A stretch of DNA of 768 nt from Escherichia coli (lineage in GTDB: Bacteria > Pseudomonadota > Gammaproteobacteria > Enterobacterales > Enterobacteriaceae): assembly GCF_003334355.1 (NCBI RefSeq), contig NZ_QOWP01000102.1; one strand, 5' to 3'. The notes under the pieces are model-generated. The model had not been told where the DNA came from and ran no database searches. It worked only from the letters and a program-made list of their open reading frames with translations. The position numbers and the translations under genes were made by a program. Shown here piece by piece: positions 1-768 of this stretch. Positions within the stretch are counted from its first letter, which is position 1; every line of letters begins with the position of its first letter.

Positions 1-1
1 G

Positions 2-24
2 GGTAATGACTCCAACTTACTGAT
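2..24. repeat. IS1 terminal inverted repeat, right end (IRR) relative to the transposase reading direction
   Basis: Plus strand 2-24 is ggtaatgactccaacttactgat. The reverse complement of 746-768 is GGTAATGCTGCCAACTTACTGAT. The two match at 20 of 23 positions, with mismatches clustered at positions 8-10 (ACT vs CTG). Confidence 0.85.
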
Positions 25-519
25 AGTGTTTTATGTTCAGATAATGCCCGATGACCTTGTCATGCAGCTCCACCGATTTTGAGAACGACAGTGACTTCCG
101 TCCCAGCCTTGCCAGATGTTGTCTCAGATTCAGATTATGTCGCTCAATGCGCTGAGTGTAACGCTTGCTGATAACGTGCAGCTTTCCCTTCAGGCGTGAT
201 TCATACAGCGGCCAGCCATCCGTCATCTATACTACGACCTCAAAGGCCGACAGCAGGCTCAGAAGACGCTCCAGTGTGGCCAGAGTGCGTTCACCGAAGA
301 CGTGGCCACAACCGTCCTCCGTATCCTGTCATACGCGTAAAACAGCCAGCGCTGACGTGATTTAGCACCGACGTAGCCCCAATGTTCGTCCATTTCAGCG
401 CAGACAATCACATCACTGCCCGGTTGTATGCGCGAGGTTACCGACTGCGGCCTGAGTTTTTTAAGTGACGTAAAACCGTGTTGAGGCCAACGCCCATAAT
501 GCGTGCACTGGCGCGACAT
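17..519 (-). pseudogene. insB: IS1 insB (InsB' transposase catalytic portion), disrupted by a frameshift and a premature stop
   Basis: Seen in sequence: two minus-strand ORF fragments, 259-519 (86 aa, [14 protein letters not shown]...[18 protein letters not shown]) and 17-226 (69 aa, [69 protein letters not shown]), lie in different frames. Canonical InsB is about 167 aa in one frame (from memory). The first fragment matches InsB up to ...TVVA and then diverges. My manual translation of the second fragment's frame upstream of 226 gives [30 protein letters not shown], which matches canonical InsB (...[31 protein letters not shown]...) except for a TAG at 227-229 where Trp is expected. This implies a 1-nt deletion near 303-306 (GCCAC where the prototype has GCGCAC) plus a nonsense codon. 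Confidence 0.85.
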
Positions 520-713
520 CCGACGCCATTCATGGCCATATCAATGATTTTCTGGTGCGTACCGGGCTGAGAGGCGGTGTAAGTGAACTGCAGTTGCCAT
601 GTTTTACGGCAATGAGAGCAGAGATAGCGCTGATGTCCGGCAGTGCTTTTGCCGTTACGCACCACGCCTTCAGTAGCGGAGCAGGAAGGACATCTGATGG
701 AAATGGAAGCCAC
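438..713 (-). CDS. insA: IS1 InsA: zinc-finger/helix-turn-helix DNA-binding protein, transposition inhibitor and N-terminal part of the InsAB' transposase
   Basis: Seen in sequence: the 91-aa [94 protein letters not shown] starts at GTG (rc of 711-713) and stops at TAA (rc of 438-440). It has a CxxC...CxxC zinc-finger-like motif (CPSC, CSHC). It ends in LKNSGRSR, encoded by TTA AAA AAC TCA..., as in canonical IS1 InsA. The length and near-identity to InsA are recalled from memory. An SD-like AAGGTG (rc of 719-724) sits 5 nt upstream of the GTG. Confidence 0.93.
   Translation of the reverse strand: MASISIRCPSCSATEGVVRNGKSTAGHQRYLCSHCRKTWQLQFTYTASQPGTHQKIIDMAMNGVGCRASARIMGVGLNTVLRHLKNSGRSR
454..464 (-). 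promoter_or_regulatory. Programmed -1 ribosomal frameshift site (A6C motif TTAAAAAACTC) joining the insA and insB' frames
   Basis: Seen in sequence: the reverse complement of 454-464 is TTAAAAAACTC. In the insA frame it reads TTA AAA AAC (L K N), 6 codons before the insA stop. The insB' frame (the 259-519 ORF) reads LKKLRPQ across the same site. Established knowledge: IS1 makes the InsAB' transposase by a -1 frameshift at A AAA AAC. Confidence 0.85.
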
Positions 714-718
714 GCAAG

Positions 719-761
719 CACCTTAAAATCACCATCATACACTAAATCAGTAAGTTGGCAG
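719..761 (-). promoter_or_regulatory. Putative insA promoter and ribosome-binding site, partly within IRL
   Basis: Seen on the minus strand: candidate -35 CTGCCA (rc of 756-761), a 16-nt spacer, -10 TATGAT (rc of 734-739), and SD AAGGTG (rc of 719-724) 5 nt before the GTG start. Established knowledge: the IS1 insA promoter overlaps the left end and is repressed by InsA binding. The exact hexamers are my assignment, not verified. Confidence 0.4.
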
Positions 762-768
762 CATTACC
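746..768. repeat. IS1 terminal inverted repeat, left end (IRL), adjacent to the insA start
   Basis: The reverse complement of 746-768 is GGTAATGCTGCCAACTTACTGAT, the imperfect inverted partner of 2-24. It lies 33 nt upstream of the insA GTG start on the minus strand. Confidence 0.85.

Larger units (their letters stand above)
2..768 (-). mobile_element. IS1-family insertion sequence, essentially full length, with insA and insB' read on the minus strand
   Basis: Seen in sequence: both ends carry the IS1 termini GGTAATG...CCAACTTACTGAT in inverted orientation. The minus strand has the IS1 gene layout: a 91-aa InsA ORF, the A6C frameshift motif, and an InsB'-like frame. The window length (768) matches the known size of IS1. 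Position 1 (g) is probably a flanking base, since IS1 ends are GGT...ACC. Confidence 0.95.

Noticed and set aside
17-226. Calling the 69-aa ORF starting [13 protein letters not shown] an independent gene
   Set aside because: It corresponds to the C-terminal part of IS1 InsB, and its ATG sits immediately after an in-frame TAG in the InsB frame. It is a fragment of the disrupted insB, so it is folded into the pseudogene feature.
165-365. Plus-strand ORF of 66 aa ([66 protein letters not shown])
   Set aside because: It lies entirely antisense to the insB coding region of IS1, has an Arg/Ser-rich low-complexity composition and no recognisable domain or translation signals. It is an out-of-frame overlap of a known gene, not a separate gene.
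530-742. Minus-strand ORF of 70 aa ([70 protein letters not shown])
   Set aside because: It overlaps insA in a different reading frame and starts inside the putative promoter region upstream of the insA start. IS1 has no known gene in this frame, so I treat it as a chance ORF.
1-768. A novel or previously undescribed system (defence island, toxin-antitoxin pair, CRISPR array, tRNA or ncRNA gene)
   Set aside because: The entire window is accounted for by one IS1 element from end to end. There are no direct repeat arrays, no spacer-like periodicity, no tRNA-like structure and no unexplained coding capacity. Reporting a novel system would not be supported by the sequence.
1-768. Target-site duplication flanking the IS1
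   Set aside because: The window contains at most one flanking base, so the direct repeats made at insertion cannot be seen or evaluated.

Overview
The whole window is a single IS1-family insertion sequence, lying in reverse orientation so that its genes are read on the minus strand. Both imperfect 23-bp terminal inverted repeats are present (2-24 and 746-768). insA (438-713, minus, GTG start, 91 aa) is intact and ends at the A6C programmed -1 frameshift motif TTAAAAAAC (456-464, minus). insB is not intact: it is split into two fragments in different frames (259-519 and 17-226), consistent with a 1-nt deletion near 303-306 plus an in-frame TAG at 227-229, so this copy is probably a non-autonomous IS1. 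I see no evidence of a novel or undescribed system here; the two other ORFs in the track are out-of-frame overlaps of the IS1 genes. Comparisons with the prototype IS1 are from memory, not from a database search.
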